IMG/VR virus record: IMGVR_UViG_3300035565_000044
Location: 36,523 to 100,522 of that record
Reading direction: 5' to 3' (one strand)
Origin: a virus
DNA: 64,000 bases
Shown: positions 17,507 through 31,124 of the stretch, one piece after another
Layout of the letters: the number at the start of each line of letters is the position of its first letter
Numbering within the stretch: position 1 is the stretch's first letter
Position numbers and translations under genes: made by a program
Notes under the pieces: model-generated
Databases searched by the model: none
What the model was told of the DNA's origin: nothing
The model's input: only the letters and a program-made list of their open reading frames with translations

Positions 17507-19600
17507 CGTCTTTCCTTTCTATCTATGGTCATACATATGATAGCGCTGTCTTGTATAATTTGGCTTTGCCTTGAACGTATTTAGACCGTTCCTATTCCAA
17601 GGCAAAATCCATGCTGGGAGCCAGCGCCAACCTTCCGCCTGACGCCCACGCCATACGCTCCTATCATATAGGTCTGTCATGACGCATTCCCACATAGGAA
17701 AAACTTCATCTTTCCTATTGCAGTAATCGTCAGATAGTTGATCAGCAATATGCGTAGGAAGGCGCACTCTCATTTCTTTTCCTGTCTTTCGTACTGGCAT
17801 ACGCACTTCATTCGTGGACGCGTAGCCTTAGGGTCTTTCCCGGCGCCATCGATGCAAGCTGAATAGGAAATGTATTTGTGAATGAGCTCTGGGGGAATGT
17901 AGCCTTCAGGCGAGCAATAGAGCGCGTAGGCGACAAGAAGTTCCTTCATCATCTTCCCTTTCTGGTTACAAGTTTTTCTAAGGCTTCGTGTAGATAGCGT
18001 ATCACAAACTCTCTAGGCTTCCCTCCCCATAAACACCCCTCCCTAGCCTCTATAGCGGCCTCTAGAGCCTCTTGAAAGGTAGGGCGCGGCTCCCCTAGCC
18101 TGGACCACCTAGGACGCCCAGGACCGCCCGCATAGTGAGCTCTGAGCACCTTCCTAGTCCACACCTGATATGGGCCAGTTTTTCCCTTAGCCCATACCTC
18201 AAATGTATATTTATTCTCATGGGTAGACCAAGAAATTAGCCGTATTCCATCCGGGGCGGATAGGTCAATCTCAACGCCGCTAGGCATTGACGATAATAAT
18301 TTGAGGGCCATTTACTAATATCTCATGTATCCGCGACAGTGAAGCTGTCGCTTCAGCGAACATGAGAAAAATTTTTACATTTTTTTGAAAAAAAGTCAAA
18401 AAAAGTGTTGACTCTACCTGTGAAACACACTATATGTTGTTTCACGAGAGTTCTTTGACAATTTGTTTCTCTGATGACTGGGGCCACTAATCCGTTTGGA
18501 TCAGTGGCCGCAATGCGTTGTGGGGTTAGTGTTCTATGCTACACACGCTAAACATGGCGTAGCCAGTAGCGATAACGTCTAACAGCTCCGCTGTCTTCTG
18601 GTTGTGGCCACGCCTTTTCCAGAAGTCGCTAAGGTTTGGGGAAAACGACATGCGGTGATAAATTTTGTTTTTTATATCAACGCTTTGTCTGATTTTTTCT
18701 TGCTCATTCTCAACTTCGCGTGGAATTTGCGAAAGTTTTTCTTCAAACATCCTGGCATCTTCAGGATTATCTAGAAACCTGTCAAAAGACTCTATGATAT
18801 CTGGTAAATGCATAACGTCTGAGCCATCAATCATAACGATTGACGCCATGGGGATAACCTTTAGAAGGTCGTCAGCGTCGGCTCGCTCCATGGGCATGGC
18901 TTTATCTTTGGTTCTACTCATGCTAAGCGCCACGTCGTCAAACGACACCATGTAGGCGCCTTGCGCCATGATAAAACAGTCTTTCTCGCTCACTTAATTT
19001 CCTTTCAGTTAGAAACTCTCAAACGGCTTTCGATAATCTGCTCTGTGCTCATTCTGCGACGATTGGCAGTTGATAGCACCGCCGCCGCCTTTGTGCGGAA
19101 CTTACGCGCCGTGCGCTTCATTCCCTCCTGGATAATGATGATTTTGCGCCAGACTTCAAGCTGATTGTCGGCTTCCGCCTTAGCCATGCGCCATGCCGTC
19201 TTGCGATGGGCGTAGACGCCAACCACCTTAACGCGTTCATCAACCGTGACAATCGCCTCAAATGTCCCATCTTGGCGCTTGTGGGTTTGCCATTTGAATT
19301 CATGACCAAAGTAATTGAGCGTTCCCATCATGGTATCCCTTCCCTTTCTAATCTAAAATTCCCATCCTCTTACGGCAGATGGGGCATAGTCCGCTAATAA
19401 TCTTTATTCTCTTGTAGACTCCACCACAAGTTATGCAACGTAGGTGATAGTAGTCCAGAGCACGACGTTTCTTCTTCTTCTCAAACGCCACTGTCCCACG
19501 CTTCAGTCTAGCCTTATGGTTGTCTCTGTGTCCTTTCCCCATCAGTTTACCTCTTAAAGGTTAACAAAATGAAAACGCCCAGGAGTTACCCCAGGCGTTT

Positions 19601-19616
19601 CGTTTCACGTGGAACT
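19601..19616. promoter_or_regulatory. parS-like site
   Basis: CGTTTCACGTGGAACT. Confidence 0.7.
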
Positions 19617-21682
19617 ATTCATCAACCTTGAAAGGTTTAGACCAAACGTCTCGCTCAAAGCTTCTGGATAGGGCGTCAACTAGATTGGCGTCTACAGGAC
19701 GGTCATCGCTATGGTTATGTTCCATGCTGGTTAGGGAAACGCCGTCATTAATCATCTCCGCCGCCGCTTCTTCGAAGCTAACCTTGCACTTTTCCCCCTT
19801 ACGTGGCGTGTATGTCTCTAGCTCTGGTTCTTCTCCCAAAAGATATCTGGCTCTTTCAGGAGTTATGATTTCATGGGCTAGATGACACTGACTAAGCGGT
19901 GGAAGGTCAATACTCTCTACAGGCGTGCGCCCATCCTCCCAGTGCAGCCCCTCAGCTCCACATGGCTCTGTTACCTTGCTGTGGTAGATCACCGAGCCAT
20001 CTGTTTTAAGCGCGACACGGACCACAGAAGCGTGAGCATCATTTCCATTAATGGCGTATACAGCGAGATTACACTTGCAGTCTATGCCATATGGTTGCCC
20101 ATGTACACAATTTGGGCAAGTCTTTTTCATTCCGTCCATGGCATTAGCCTTTCTACTTAATAGGAAACATGCGAGCTATTATTTCTTCGTCTGTTTCCTT
20201 CTCTATCGCTTTAGTAGCGCTACGCGTCTTTGCTATTTCTGCAAATGCGCGTATGTCTCCTAGATGCGCAATCCTCTCCACCTCCATCAGCGCGTTACAG
20301 ATGTAAGGCGCCAGCGTTACAAAATCTTGGTATTCTTCCATTCCGTACATGCGAAATTCTGAATTTATTGGACCTTGATAGTATTTGTAACACTGAGAAA
20401 TATATTCAATGGCTACGCGCGCAACGCGCATATGATGCTCGTTGGGGGTAACGCTCTGAATTGGCTCAGCTTCTTTGTGTTTCACAGTCTTTCCTTTCGT
20501 ACAGGGAAGGGCGAGCTAGCCTAAGCTAACCCGCCGTATTGTTTTTACAGTCCTTCTGCGTCTTCGTACACGTCATATGGGTTGCAAAGTTCAGGCTCGG
20601 CAATCACATTCCCATAAACATCATGAGTAATATCAGCTCTACTCATGAACTCAGGAATAATTTCCAGTACACTACGTATGCATACTTCTTTCTGCCTAAG
20701 CTTTTTTACAAAGCTTTCTTCAATATCATGAATAGCGTCTTCGTAGTTTCTATTAGCCCTAGTGTGGGCGTCTTCACGTCTGCGCAAATTTTCACGGTTC
20801 TTTATAAAATCTTCTGTTCCGTGTTCTCTGTTGTAGATATTAAAGTCTAGTTCTGCGGCCTTGGCGTTGTCGTCCCTGTTTCTCTCAGCTTGAGTCATTT
20901 CAAGGTCTTTTATATAGTGCTCTTCTAGGGTAAGAGTTGGATAAGGCGGAACCTTTATGTCATGGATAGTGCGCCAGTTAACGCCAAGGCGCACGTTCGC
21001 CATTTTCTTCTGAAAAAAATTCAGAAATTCAAACGCTTGCTTATGATTTATAACTTCTTCCCAATTCTTACACTCAATAAGCGCTCGATAAGTTCCGCAG
21101 CTTTGGGTAGCTCCTACGTACTGCGCCCATGCCGCCATTTGTTTGACTGTGACTGCCATATTAGTCTTTCCTTTCGTCAGTGACGCCCTTGGCGCCTGTG
21201 TTAGGGTATGATAGAGAAACTTAATTATTAGTTACCTTTCCGCTTATTTTCACCTCGCCTTCCGCTATTTCGCGAAGCGTGCTTACATCTACGTCAAAGC
21301 CAACAACGATACGCAAGTTATTGTTATAATTGCGTAATACGTAGTCCCACGCTTCGATTGCGTTCTCTAAGCCAAACTCTTTAACGCGCGCACGGTCAAC
21401 ATCATCAGTTTCGAATATATGAATTTTCATTTCTTTCCCTTCTCGTATCGTTCGATCTTAGCGCGGTTAGCAGCTCTAAGCGATGCTGCACGTATGGCTT
21501 GGGTTACGCCTGTGCGCCCGTTAGACGCTAGCGCCACTCTCAACGACAAATCTATTGAAATGGCCATGCGTTCGTCAAACACCTTTGCGAATTTGATATC
21601 CATGCTACACCCCTTCTAAAACCGCCTACGTTGGGCCGTGGCGGCTTTAAGAGAGGGGCAGGCTCTACACCTGCCCATGATG

Positions 21683-22693
21683 CTAATTGCCGTGTACAAG
21701 CGCCCTTGTGACGTTGTCAAAGAAACTCAACTCAAGGCCAAGCTCCCTTGCAATCCTTACGCTTTCAGCGCGTTCAATCAAATGACAACCGGCCTTTATG
21801 TCGCCATTGGGATAAACGCAATTGACGGTAAAAGAACCTACGCGTTTATTGATCTCGAACGTACTAACGATTCTCATAGAGCTTAGAAGCTTGTCCGTGG
21901 TTTTAAACAGCTCCACAGCTTCACTAAGAGGGACACGGGCGCCGAGTGATGTTTCTAACGTGTCGCCCTTCACTCTGAGATATGCGCCGCCGCTTGGCGT
22001 CTTGAAGCCTTCCCAAGGCAACCTGACGTGAGCGCCTTTCATCCATTCCGTTAACGCCTCAAGTTGCGACAGCCTAAGCAGGCGCTCTTGTTCGGTCTTG
22101 GCATCCAGTCGTTTCTTCTCACGCTTAGCGCGGGCAGCAACCTTCTTTGGATCGTTCGCCGCAAGGGCTAGGCGCTCAAATCTGGCGTTAATACGCGCCC
22201 AGTCGGCGCCGTAGTCGATTGCAGGTTCTTCAAGGTCGAATATGAGACAATATCCGGAAACGTCTCCACGGGAGCGCAAAAGAAAATTCCGCCCGTATTG
22301 GTTCCATTCGTCAGATTTTATCGCGCGTTCATATCTGTTAACGCCTGCTCTGTATTGACTTACAAGGTAATCAATGTTTTCCTTGTGCCTTATCCTGCTA
22401 TCTCCGAAATCTGGCTCAATCCAAGGGACGACATAGCTGTGAACAAGATGCTTAGTCGCCACTTGTGCAAGGCCGAAATGTTTACTTGTAGAGTTAGACC
22501 GATTGCGCGCTGCAATGTTAAGAAGTACAACTGATATATCATCTTTTTTTATGATATTTGCTATATTCATTGCGTATGAATATAATTTTGTTCCTAAAAA
22601 AGATATTGTGTTTTTAGCGTTGTTCGCTTCATCCTGCGTTTGCGCCGCCCACAAATGCGCAACCATTGCTGAGTTAACTACTTTACGAGTCAT
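21683..22693 (-). CDS. Hypothetical early protein
   Basis: 336-aa ORF with RBS; VAHLWA, LETSLGARVP and IKAGCHLI motifs. Confidence 0.7.
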   Translation of the reverse strand: MTRKVVNSAMVAHLWAAQTQDEANNAKNTISFLGTKLYSYAMNIANIIKKDDISVVLLNIAARNRSNSTSKHFGLAQVATKHLVHSYVVPWIEPDFGDSRIRHKENIDYLVSQYRAGVNRYERAIKSDEWNQYGRNFLLRSRGDVSGYCLIFDLEEPAIDYGADWARINARFERLALAANDPKKVAARAKREKKRLDAKTEQERLLRLSQLEALTEWMKGAHVRLPWEGFKTPSGGAYLRVKGDTLETSLGARVPLSEAVELFKTTDKLLSSMRIVSTFEINKRVGSFTVNCVYPNGDIKAGCHLIERAESVRIARELGLELSFFDNVTRALVHGN

Positions 22694-23644
22694 AGTCTTT
22701 CCTTTCTTGAGTTAACGTCTACACGCTAGCAGCCACAGCGGCGCCATGGCTGCTAACATTTAGGCATTATCTCTTATTCCCATCCTTCCGGATTCTGCGC
22801 CTTTTCCGCTGTCATAACGTCAATAATATTCTGCAACATGCTTATTAGCAGTTTAATCTCGTCAATTTTTATAGGTATTGATTGAGACTCATGCGAAAAT
22901 TCATTTGCTTCTAGATACGCGCATTTCCTATAATTTTCGTATGAAATTGAAATGTAGTCGTCATAATATGTATGAAGTGTATGTTTTACTTCATCCTTTC
23001 CTTTCATCTTTTCCTTACCTTTATCGAATTTCCAGGCGAGAAAAAGTTCTGCTCAAACTTGGGATGCTTCCAAGCTGTTTCGCGCCTCATAAGGTTCTCT
23101 GCGCTTTTCTTCGCTTGCGCCGCAGTCTCTAATACGCCCCATGCGCCGCCTACGGACTGCTTAGCCAAAACTTCGCCGCTAGCGGTTATCTTTATGGCGT
23201 GATACGTCCATTTCCAATATGAACGCAGTAGCGCCTTTTCCTTAGCTGACAGCATTGTCCTTCCTTTGCGCCGCCTTCAACATCAACTCAGCGAAAAATT
23301 CTTCCATATTTTTCCTATATTTTTTCTCTTCTCTCACTTTCCTTAAGCGCTGCGCCTTTGTCGCTGGCGCCTTCTTATATTCTCCCCTAACAGCGTCGTC
23401 TAATTCCTTTAATAAATAGTTAATTAGCTTATGCTGCTCATCATGCCAAGCCTGATACTCCACATTATTTTCAGCAATAACGCTTGCGAGTTGCCCCACT
23501 TCAGGCATGGGTTTATATGGGTTGTCGTAATGGTGGAGACTGGCGCTTGTGAGAATTGATTTGATATCTCTGTATGGTATCCCTGATATGGTAACGTTTC
23601 CGTCCTTATGGAGTTTGACGCGTAGGCTCATACCCTTTCCTTTC

Positions 23645-23660
23645 CGTTTCACATGAAACA
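23645..23660. promoter_or_regulatory. parS-like site
   Basis: CGTTTCACATGAAACA. Confidence 0.7.
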
Positions 23661-24466
23661 AAACCATGCTAACGCCCATGCCACGGCATAGGCGTTAACA
23701 TTGTTCTGTTACCTTTATCTTATTTCCATGGCTGACTCTATTAGAGTCTTAAGCATTAAAATTTCACCACTATCCATTTTCGCGTATATTTCCCCGCCAT
23801 CCTCAATCTGTATGGTTAAGGTAAATTCTTTTGTACCATTAACATGTCTAATTGACATTTTCTCTTTGTCGTCAATGGTGAATTTATGAATTGCTATTTC
23901 CTCAATCTTGTAAGTCATGCGTTTTACCTTCCTATCTGTTGAGCATAGCTCTCATGGCGTCAATAGTTTCTGAAAGTTTACGCAAATCGTCTGCGTAAAG
24001 ACTCATAACAAAGAACTTCTTTTCCCCCTCTATTCCATGGGTTATTGAAAAGCGCACACATGGCGATGTTTCGTTGTCATAGTTAATCTTTACAAATTCA
24101 CCTGTTGACGCTTCAAAGCTGACTTGAGTTGTTATTCTAACCTCACCCATGCGCTTTCCTTTCTTGCTAGGGTTACTAAATTGGGCGAATTTCGCCCAAT
24201 TGGATAATCCCAGCTATTCAGGTAACGCCCTAAGCGCCTTGTACGTAGGCTTACCTTTGCCGCCTATAGCCTTCCATGCGGCGTCTGCGGCGTCTCCATC
24301 CTTGCACCAGTTATTCCCTACGCCTGTTATGGTATCCCTGACGCCACCCATAAAGCGCTCTAGACGCATGGCGTCTTGCGCCCATGGATAACGTTTTAGG
24401 AGTTCTGCACGTAGGGCGACTAAAAATCCTGTTCTGGTCATACGCTTTCCTTTCTAGCTTGGTTAA

Positions 24467-25520
24467 ATGAGCTTATTTCTGTGGGCTGGCGCCTGTTACA
24501 ACTGAAAATAGTTGTGCGGTTTATATTCTGGATTAACTTCGTTTTGCATAAACGCGCACCACGTATCAGCATCGCGCAGAAGTCCTATGCGCTCAATAAC
24601 ACTAGCTGTGTCACAGAGCACGCGAGCTTTATCCGCGCTAGGCGCTTCTGCCATCTCCTCAATGGTCCGCATGTAGAGCGGACAAACAAATTCCTTTAAT
24701 GGCTTAACCATTGCTAGAATTACGATGGCTTTAACAACTTCATCCATCACAGAACCAATTCCCCATCTGCATCAACAATGTTAGTCAAACATGTAAGAAA
24801 CGTATCTGCTATGTACTCTTTTATGTCTCTGTAGTTTTTACCAGTGACTTTTATGTTAATTTCGCCAAAGCATGGCGTTACTATTACTGTGTGGTCCGTC
24901 CATCCACAGTAATAACCGTTGCTATTCATGTGATGAAATGCAGTGATAAAGATAAGCTTGTCATCTGTTGACTTGTCAAAGTTAAACTGCGTTCCCTTGT
25001 CAAAACCACTACCGCTAGGCATATGCGCCTTGCATGCGTGCTCAATGGCGTGTAAGTGGCCATGAAAGTTTTGATATAAATGCTCAGCTTGCTTTTGCGT
25101 TTGCTTGGCGTTGTAGTTATCGCCTTTGGCTTCATATGCCTTGCTTCTGCATTCCGCTTCTGCCTCTAACTTTCCGCAGTTGCGCATGGCGTTAGCCTTC
25201 AGCGCCATGTAATAGTACAGCGGTTTGTTATGGAGTATCATAGGTTACTAATCCTTTCTTGCGCGGCCTTCCATGATACCAATAATAAGCCTGTTGGCCC
25301 AATGGGCCACGCGTGACTTTGAACTTACAATCAGGCTCATTTTTCCGATATATTTTAAGCCATATTTCTGTTGTTCCATCGGTTAGCGTCATGACTAGAC
25401 GCCAACAGTTAGGCTTGGGCGCACGGGGATTGTAGCGCCATAGCCTTTCATAACTGGCGTATTCTATCGCCATGGCTTGCCTTCCTTAGCGTAAGGCGCC
25501 GCCCACAGAAATAAGCTCAT
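24467..25520. repeat. Long-range inverted repeat pair 1 (24467-24494 / 25494-25520)
   Basis: ATGAGCTTATTTCTGTGGGC(T)GGCGCCT vs AGGCGCCGCCCACAGAAATAAGCTCAT; encloses three ORFs. Confidence 0.85.
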
Positions 25521-25526
25521 ATCTAG

Positions 25527-26922
25527 GCATGCAATCTTAGAGCCTCATTGCGCTAGGCTAGTTAGATGTTAGTCTGAGAACTTGGCAAGAAGTGAATAAG
25601 CAGCAAACTCGTATTCGCGGCGTTTTTCCTGAATACGAATAGTTTTTGCAGCTTCTGTTAACGCCTCATGCGCATCAAACACAGTTTCTATTGGATGCTG
25701 ATTAGCATTGAAACCAATCTGCATAATCTTCTGCGTTTCTCCCTTGCCAATGGCTCTAACAAAAAGGCGCTGCAAGAAATGCATTCTCGCCTCGTCTTTG
25801 TCATCATTCTTTTTGGAGTCAGTGATAGCCTTAATTCTTTCATTCTTCATTCCAGTTACCTGTTTAATGAAGGATGAAATTTCTAGAGCGCTATCAAATA
25901 TCTCGTCAGATTGACGGTTAATGCGCAGATTACCATTTTTGGTATGGTTAATCCGATGGGTTTTCTTCCCCATGACGCCACGCAAAGAAAGATTACAGCA
26001 TACGCCTTGCAGCATCATACCTGTGAACCACGTAGACTGTGATTTTACCTCACTTCCACCAAACATTAAGCCTGGAAAGAATATATCAGGTAAACCACGA
26101 CGCGTTTTTCCTATCTCTATAGGGTGGCCGTCTTGACATACAAAACACTGCATATCTTCCGGCCCCATAAAGAGACTGTTCTGCGCGTCCATATCATAGG
26201 GGTTATGCTCCATTGTTCCCCAGTTGATTTTTCCTGGAGTTTTCCACTTGAGCGGATTATTAGCCGTCAAATCACCTAGCAATGGGCGCAGCGCCCGCAA
26301 GAGTTGGGCGTTTGTCGTCCGTGTTTCTGGCGTAAACGCCAGCGAGCGCAATTCCCGTATGTCACCTTCGCCCCCATCCGCCGTGTACGCCGTTATTTTA
26401 GCGTCGGGCGCCAAATCCTTTAAACCTTCACGCAGAATTCTAGCCGCCCGTTTTGCATCGGGCAGCTTACGTAAATAGTTAGCTGGGATAGGCGTTTCCG
26501 CCGCTGCACATAACTGTGTAAACGCTAAATGCGTTGGATCGACGGGGATATATTCCCCCCTATGATTTGGAATAATAATTTCCATGCTATCTGACACGAC
26601 AATGTTGTGAATGTTCACTGTGTTGTCGTGGGAAATGCTTTCCCAATGCTCAGCGGCGTTTAAAAGTTCGTCAAACGATGAAAACGTTTCATCGTCAGGA
26701 CGCGTCGCCCATTGCTTAGACATGCTCCAGTCTACATCACCCATACGGTCAGGATTGACCTTATAAGCTCCAGATACACGGCGCCCGTCATAGACAGGCT
26801 TAGTGTCCGCAACAACGTCAAACTTAGCGTCAATGATGGCTGGATTGTTGTTAGTCATGATTGCATTTCCTCTTGTGATAGATTGTGAGAAAGAAACGCA
26901 ATGAGGCTATAGGATTGCATGC
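25527..26922. repeat. Long-range inverted repeat pair 2 (25527-25552 / 26897-26922)
   Basis: 26 bp with 2 mismatches; encloses the DUF932 gene. Confidence 0.85.
25569..26858 (-). CDS. DUF932-family protein
   Basis: AYKV...WATRPDDE, THLAFTQL, YLRKLP, WKTPG, PIEIG, PDIFF and VCCN motifs as in alphaproteobacterial mobile-element DUF932 proteins. Confidence 0.75.
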   Translation of the reverse strand: MTNNNPAIIDAKFDVVADTKPVYDGRRVSGAYKVNPDRMGDVDWSMSKQWATRPDDETFSSFDELLNAAEHWESISHDNTVNIHNIVVSDSMEIIIPNHRGEYIPVDPTHLAFTQLCAAAETPIPANYLRKLPDAKRAARILREGLKDLAPDAKITAYTADGGEGDIRELRSLAFTPETRTTNAQLLRALRPLLGDLTANNPLKWKTPGKINWGTMEHNPYDMDAQNSLFMGPEDMQCFVCQDGHPIEIGKTRRGLPDIFFPGLMFGGSEVKSQSTWFTGMMLQGVCCNLSLRGVMGKKTHRINHTKNGNLRINRQSDEIFDSALEISSFIKQVTGMKNERIKAITDSKKNDDKDEARMHFLQRLFVRAIGKGETQKIMQIGFNANQHPIETVFDAHEALTEAAKTIRIQEKRREYEFAAYSLLAKFSD

Positions 26923-27710
26923 TAGGCTAGATACGGACTTGCTATTGCTGGCGCCAGTGTGGGTTATTTCTCAAGAATTTTATGCAATGGCTTCATTACA
27001 TGCTTAACCAATTCATTCTTTGCCATCACAAGATTTGTACGGCAAAGCAATGGCAATCCAGGTATTTGTAACACCTGTTCTATCATGTAGGTTGAACGCT
27101 CAACCCACTTGATAACCATGGATATTTGCGCCCGTTCTTCGCCGTCTATCATTGGCTTTTCTTCCTAGCAACTTTACACATGCGCGCGCTATTGTTTTCG
27201 CTGACGCTGCACTCAATAAGAAAACTCATATACTTAGCTTTCCTATGGATAATTAACTCTAAATGGTCGCAGTGAAGGCCAGATTTTTTAGTGCAACCGT
27301 TATTACCGGCGCCTGCTTTCCAGAATAGGGTTAATTCATCGCCAGTCTTAAGCAGTGATACCACGGTTGACCATACGCTATCACAGCGTGATGCATGGTT
27401 CATTTCGAATGCATTCTCTATTTCATAGTCATAATTATACATTCCGTCATAATTATAACCATAAATAACAGTACTGGTATTGCACTCTATTATATGTATT
27501 TGCTCGAATGGATTAGTATCGCTTTGTCTCTTAATTGCTTCGATTGTTGATGTTCCGTTAATATAGCGGAACACTACATCATTGCATTGTTTAAGAGCGA
27601 TTAAATCCGCTTTACTTACTTCCATTTCTGGCGTCCTTTCCTGTGTTTCACGTGAATTCTCACTACGTGAGGGAAAAGGCGCCAGCAATAGCAAGCCCAT
27701 ATCTAGCCTA
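26923..27710. repeat. Long-range inverted repeat pair 3 (26923-26955 / 27678-27710)
   Basis: 33 bp with 2 mismatches; encloses two ORFs. Confidence 0.85.
27644..27659. promoter_or_regulatory. parS-like site
   Basis: TGTTTCACGTGAATTC. Confidence 0.55.
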
Positions 27711-28624
27711 TTAAGCTAGATACAAGCTTATAAGTCACCTATCCCCTTATCGCACAAGAGGATAGGCAATCGTTTACGATATCAATGATCGATATATGGG
27801 GAATTTTCCTGTTGATTTATGCAGAAAAGTGTTGCTTTTCTTAGACTTATACCACATTGCGCGGTATAATTGCGTAACAACACAAGATAACGTCTATACC
27901 TATGGCATAGGCGTTATCGTTTTGTTGTCATGCTAATTTGGTTTTGTCTATGAGATAGAACACTGTGAACTTATCACTTATGGTTCTATTCCTAGCTCTT
28001 CTGTTGAGTAACCAACAGATTAACCTTGCGACGCGAGAATTTCTATATTCTGAGTACAGATATTCTGTGTCGTTTTCGTAGGCTATAATCATGTATCTCA
28101 TATTATCACCTATGCCAGAATGATAATTGCGCTAAAGAACGCAAAGGCGCTTAGCAATACGCCTATAGTGGCGCACAACAGGCAATCAATAATCATATCT
28201 AACCCTATCCCCAAAATACCTAGCGTTTTTATGAGTCGCCTTACGCGTCGCTCTGAATACGTCCTTACGGACCATGCGTTGTCTAACGTATGGCCTAGGA
28301 TATGAGCGCTTTCGCCTAGGTTTAGGCTTAGGATAGTATCGCCAAGGCTTAGGCTTAGGGAGGCATAGGACGGGCGCCGGTCTGGAGCGTTTGATATCGT
28401 CAACAAGCCAAATTATGATATATATCATAATCGCTGGATAGATAATGATAACCGCGTATGGCGCCGTTTCAATTATACCGCCTAGGATGAAAAAGCCTAT
28501 AAAGCCTGTCGTCACATAGGACAGTATTTTTGGAATATCGTTCATGTCATTTCTCCTATATTGGTTAACCGCATAGCCTACTATATGCAGACTATGAAGT
28601 TAACCAACAAAGGAAAATTCCCCA

Positions 28625-29075
28625 TGGACACTAGCGCCTTAGATTGTACGCCATTGGCGTTTGTTATCTTAAACCATACCACACTTTAACGGAATAACCG
28701 CTATGTTTAGTCGCTTTAACCTTCTCTTTAAATTCCTCTATAGCTGACTCTCTACAATTAGCTTTAGAGTTAACAAGCTTAGGCGTTGCATATCTGTCGT
28801 CAAACTTTAACATTTCAGTGAATAATGCAGGTGACCCTAAAGCAGTATTCAAGCTAAGCGTTGTTAAGCGCGGTTGCTTTCTTGGCTCAATAACCATAAT
28901 GGCAGTTGCAGGTTTAGGTATGCATGTATTCCATTCCCTTGTCGGAGCATGGCCGTCAAATATGACTGTCACCATATACTCACCAACAGGCAAGGCGCCT
29001 TTAGTCCATTCTGTTAAGCTCATTGTATCGCCTTTCTATACGCGCATGGCGTACAGTCAAAGGCGCTAGTGTCCA
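28625..29075. repeat. Long-range inverted repeat pair 4 (28625-28654 / 29046-29075)
   Basis: 30 bp with 2 mismatches; encloses ORF 28664-29023. Confidence 0.85.
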
Positions 29076-30006
29076 CAACGTATCAGGCTTATCAATGGGC
29101 GCCGGGGGATTACATTATTATGGTATTTCCACGTAGTCTCTATATGGAAATGATGGGGTTATGATTTCCCCCTCATAATCGCTAAACCTTTCTGCATACA
29201 ACATGGCGCTATCTTTATTTTCATAGCGCGCAACCTTGTATGTTATTTCTCCATTTGGGTTGCTTATATGCCATACGCCTAGCGGCGTATTGGCATTAAA
29301 GCCTAACGGAGGCGTTTTACTTCCATAGAATGAACCATGATTAGATTCTCTATGTTGCGAGTTGCATAGATAATATGACATGTCGGGCGCCTTAACTATG
29401 TTGAATACTTTCCCACAAGTTAACAATGCGATTTTTAGCGTTTAAGGCGTAATCAAGCCTATACGCTTCCGCCATGCTTAGGGACTTAAGGTTGTTTGTG
29501 GTATAAATTCCGTGGTCCAAAAGTTTTATTTTGACTAGAGCGTTTATTTCCAATCCTTCGAAATTTGGTTCTACGCGTTTAAACCACCACAGGCGCCGCT
29601 TTGCGATGACATGTAACAACATTTGAATTGCATGTTCTGGCGTATCGCCAAAACCAACGCCCATACTACTCATGGACGTTGCTTTCCATATGCCATCAAA
29701 CGTTGTTTTTATGTCTATGTCTCTATTTTCTTCAGGATGCGGAAACCATGGCTCAAATGGACTTGTATCAAGATACATACATTCCATATCGAATAGTCTA
29801 GTATCCCCGCAATAGTTGCAATCTTTGCCATCTACCTGTGAAATTTGCACGTTGCCTATTTCAACTTCGATATATGGATAGTTTTCATTTATCCACTTGG
29901 CGAAATCTTCGACACGTGTCATGTCATCAGATAGAACTATCTTCGATATTTTCATATCAAAACCTTTCCTTAGGCTATGGCGCCCATAGAAAAGCCTGAT
30001 ACGTTG
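29076..30006. repeat. Long-range inverted repeat pair 5 (29076-29103 / 29979-30006)
   Basis: 28 bp with 2 mismatches; abuts pair 4 with no gap. Confidence 0.85.
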
Positions 30007-30028
30007 TAAACTCGTTAGCCGTTATAGC

Positions 30029-30543
30029 GATTGATGCTTACATCTAGGCGCTAGGTTGAGCCTATATGCCGTATGTGTCGCGCCTTAGGCGGCGCAGCAT
30101 AACCATAGTGTAGAATGAATTGCGTTCACTAAACGCCGCATGACGCGCATGAAGGTCAAATAAGCGTCCATCATTACGAGCACGTAGCGCGCGCATGACG
30201 CGTAGTCTAATGGTTAGACGCCTTTCTTGCGCCGCCATTATTTCATGCGTGCGCGTGGCATAGGCGCTAGGATTAGATAAACCCATCGTAAACGCCCTTT
30301 TCACGCCAGAATTTATGAAGATTAAGCCAATGCCTTGCCATGTCTTTGGCGCCGCTTAGCCGTGCTTCGTGCGCATACTGGATTAGTCTAAACGCTTGCG
30401 CCCTTACATTCTCTGTAGGGTTTTTACGCAAGTTGTAGCGTGTACAGCGTTTATACCAATCGCTGTAAACCCCATCTTCAGGATTATATGAGTACATTCT
30501 AGTCGCCTGTCTTGAGTTAAGCGCCTAGGTGAAAGCATCAATC
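30029..30543. repeat. Long-range inverted repeat pair 6 (30029-30052 / 30520-30543)
   Basis: 24 bp with 2 mismatches. Confidence 0.8.
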
Positions 30544-30544
30544 A

Positions 30545-31094
30545 CATTTGGGGTTTACATCTATACGCCAATGGCGTGTTAGTTAGTCTAGTATTTGTGG
30601 ATTGGCGGCAATCAGCGCCTTAGCGTAAGCCTTGCGCGCTTTATGCAAGTTAGAAGTTAATATTTGCGCGTCAACACATAGGCGCTGTTTAGATGTAAGG
30701 AATGAACCTTCCGGATTATCACCAAAAGAGTCAATAGCTCTTATTGTGTTGCGCAAATCTACATGCAATCGCACAAGATTTTCTTCTAATTCCCACAATG
30801 GAGTGTTTATCATTTACCGCGACCATTATTAGGCTTAAGCGTTATCCATCCGTCTAGATCAATGCCTTGCGCATATTCATCGAATAGCGCTTGCATCAAT
30901 TCTTGGCGTAGCTTGTGGCGCGTAGCTTGCAAAGCGCAACTGGCGTTATATGCTCCAATTGCAACGTTGCTAAGCTCACTCAGCGCTTTATTGATAGCGC
31001 ATAAGTCAGCTTCTACTAAGTGTATTAGGCGTATATCTCTATCTCTCATAATTTACCCCTTACGCGCGTGGCGTATAGGTGAAAACCCCAAATG
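30545..31094. repeat. Long-range inverted repeat pair 7 (30545-30570 / 31069-31094)
   Basis: 26 bp with 2 mismatches; shares TTACATCTA/TAGGTGAAA core with pair 6. Confidence 0.8.
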
Positions 31095-31124
31095 CTAGCC
31101 GTGATTAATAAGCGATTGATCTAG